From Hypanus sabinus (taxonomy: Eukaryota), in NCBI RefSeq assembly GCF_030144855.1, contig NW_026779564.1, forward strand, positions 682,001 through 746,000: a stretch of 64,000 bases of DNA, written 5' to 3'. Below are positions 61,930 through 64,000 of this stretch, in pieces; position 1 is the stretch's first letter, and every line of letters starts with the position of its first letter. The notes under the pieces are model-generated. The model had not been told where the DNA came from. It ran no database searches and was given only the letters and a program-made list of their open reading frames with translations. A program made the position numbers and the translations under genes.

Positions 61930-64000
61930 TCTTACAATTTATATGTATAAAATTTCTTACTCGTGCTGTGGATTTGGAAGGGTTACGTGACGGAAAAACC
62001 TCTGTTAATCCACCCGAGGAACAGTTCGATGCTGAAATACTGTTTTGTAGGAATATAATGGGCTGATAAGTCAGTCATTCACTGTCCCGTGAGTTACGAA
62101 CACATCAACACGTTTGTCTCTGTTGTGAATACCGACATGATTTAACAAAATACCTTTTACCGTGTATAGATTCCATTCCAATTTCATGTCATGGTTTAAC
62201 ATAATACCCGTGACCTTGGCAATACCTCTGCAATGCCTTTGAATAAATAAATGCAGCACCACCAGATAAGGTCACACCATCGCATNNNNNNNNNNNNNNN
62301 NNNNNNNNNNNNNNNNNNNNNNNNNNNNNNNNNNNNNNNNNNNNNNNNNNNNNNNNNNNNNNNNNNNNNNNNNNNNNNNNNNNNNNNNNNNNNNNNNNNN
62401 NNNNNNNNNNNNNNNNNNNNNNNNNNNNNNNNNNNNNNNNNNNNNNNNNNNNNNNNNNNNNNNNNNNNNNNNNNNNNNNNNNNNNNNNNNNNNNNNNNNN
62501 NNNNNNNNNNNNNNNNNNNNNNNNNNNNNNNNNNNNNNNNNNACATTCACACACGCACAGATACTATCCCTCTCACATACACATATACACAAGCACAGAA
62601 ACATAAACGCAGAACGTTCCCTCTCACACACACACAAACCGAAATGCAGACACACTCCCTCTGTCTCTCCCCACCCGTAACACAGAGCCAAGTAAACGGT
62701 TGTGCATCTATGAAATCCTTTGCCGATCTCCCTGCCCATGGCTTTCCCTTCCCAATCCAAATGCGTTAAAGAATGCACTGTGTGGTTGAGTTAGCATGAT
62801 AAAAGAAACAGAAGGGACGTTGAAACAGCTGCAGGACCATGTTGTAGTAACTAAGCATACTCATAGAGGAATGACACACAGACAGTAAACTGGGAGAGCA
62901 GAGAGCAATAGCCCAGGCTGCCAGAGAGCAAAGGATTAATGATTCAATAGGTCCCAAGCTGAAAATGAAGAGATGGTTGATACGTAGTTCACATAAGATG
63001 TAGAATTAGTGAGATGGAACGACAGCAGTGCAGAGACAATCAGCAAAGGGGAGACATTCAGATGGATAATATGAGGATGTGTGTTTCTTTTTCCCCTGTT
63101 TGTCGCCGGTAGAAAGTGAAAACTGTGTTCATTCTGTACCCACCGGTCTCGGGTTCAATGTGAGAGTGGGGGGGGGGGGGCGGATTCATTTTGTCGATAT
63201 CAGTCCCTGCTACAGACTGAGAGTGTGGGGTTCTGTCACTCTCTGGTTCGGTGTGAGTGTGTGAATTTTGTTCTATACAGACCAGTCTTTGTTACAGTGT
63301 GAGAGTGTGGGTTTCATTCTGTATCTGTCAGTCTCTGTTACAGTGTGAGAGTGTGGTTTTCATTCTGAATCTGTCAGTCTCTGTTACAGTGTGAGAGTGT
63401 GGTTTTCATTTTGTATCTGTCAGTCTCTGTTACAGTGTGAGAGTGTGGTTTTCATTCTGTATCTGTCATTCTCTGTTACAGTGTGAGAGGTTGGGTTTCA
63501 TTCTGTATCTGTCAGTCTCTGCTACAGTGTGAGAGTGTGGGTTTAATTCTGTATCTGTCAGTCTCTGCTACAGTGTGAGAGTGTGGGTTTCATTCTGTAT
63601 CTGTCAGTCTCTGCCACAGTGTGAGAGTGTGGGGTTCTTTCTGTATCTGTCTGTTCCAGCGTTACGGGTGTTGTCTCAGTCCCGTACCTCTGAATATCAG
63701 ACTCAGTGTGAGCCGTTGTTTTTTTTTTCTCCTTCTTTCCCACTGTTCCACCAATCTAGTGAATACGCTTAAATTAGAATCTGTATTCACTGAGCTATTC
63801 TTAGAACAAGAGTTTTCTACAGTTAGTTGATATTAAAATTGTGAGAGGGACTGTGAACTGATGAATAATGACGGTTGTGTTGAGCAGAACATTCAGCGTC
63901 ATAGGGTCATATGGCAAACAGACCGTTCGGCCCGGCACAATTATGCATGCTATTCGCTGTTAAACCACGCAGCGCCAATTGAGCAAAATCTGATCCGCAA
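61930..64000 (-). repeat. Cassette copy D (46-bp minisatellite at about 63285-63655), upstream of G5, runs off the window
   Basis: Reverse complement is collinear with copy A at 5400-7210. Confidence 0.85.

Overview
Eukaryotic genomic DNA, most likely a cartilaginous fish, probably a ray. This taxon is inferred from the CR1, Rex1, Penelope and SINE landscape and the gene family, not from a database search. The window is part of a tandem/inverted cluster of small two-exon class A GPCR genes related to GPR139/GPR142. Three genes look intact: G2 (+ 10681-12351), G3 (- 35686-33994) and G5 (- 59594-57901). Each has a 70-nt exon 1, a phase-1 GT-AG intron of about 0.7 kb and a TATA-like box 80-90 nt upstream. 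Two are disabled: G1 (1-910, frameshift plus loss of the TM3 Cys) and G4 (44703-45013, truncated by a Rex1-like LINE that itself carries a solo LTR). G2 and G5 are recent inverted duplicates (about 84% aa identity by hand count) whose differences pile up on the extracellular/ligand-pocket face. This is the birth-and-death plus pocket-diversification pattern of a chemoreceptor-like repertoire. A 2-3 kb non-coding cassette containing a 46-bp minisatellite occurs four times. A G-quadruplex-rich 93-bp minisatellite (about 30 copies, with higher-order structure) has expanded upstream of G2, while G5 keeps a single monomer. Three damaged tRNA genes (Pro-CGG, Ser-TGA, Glu-CTC) lie between G2 and G3. 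The rest is decayed CR1, Rex1, Penelope, L1, LTR and SINE sequence plus six N gaps. All alignments and counts were made by eye.
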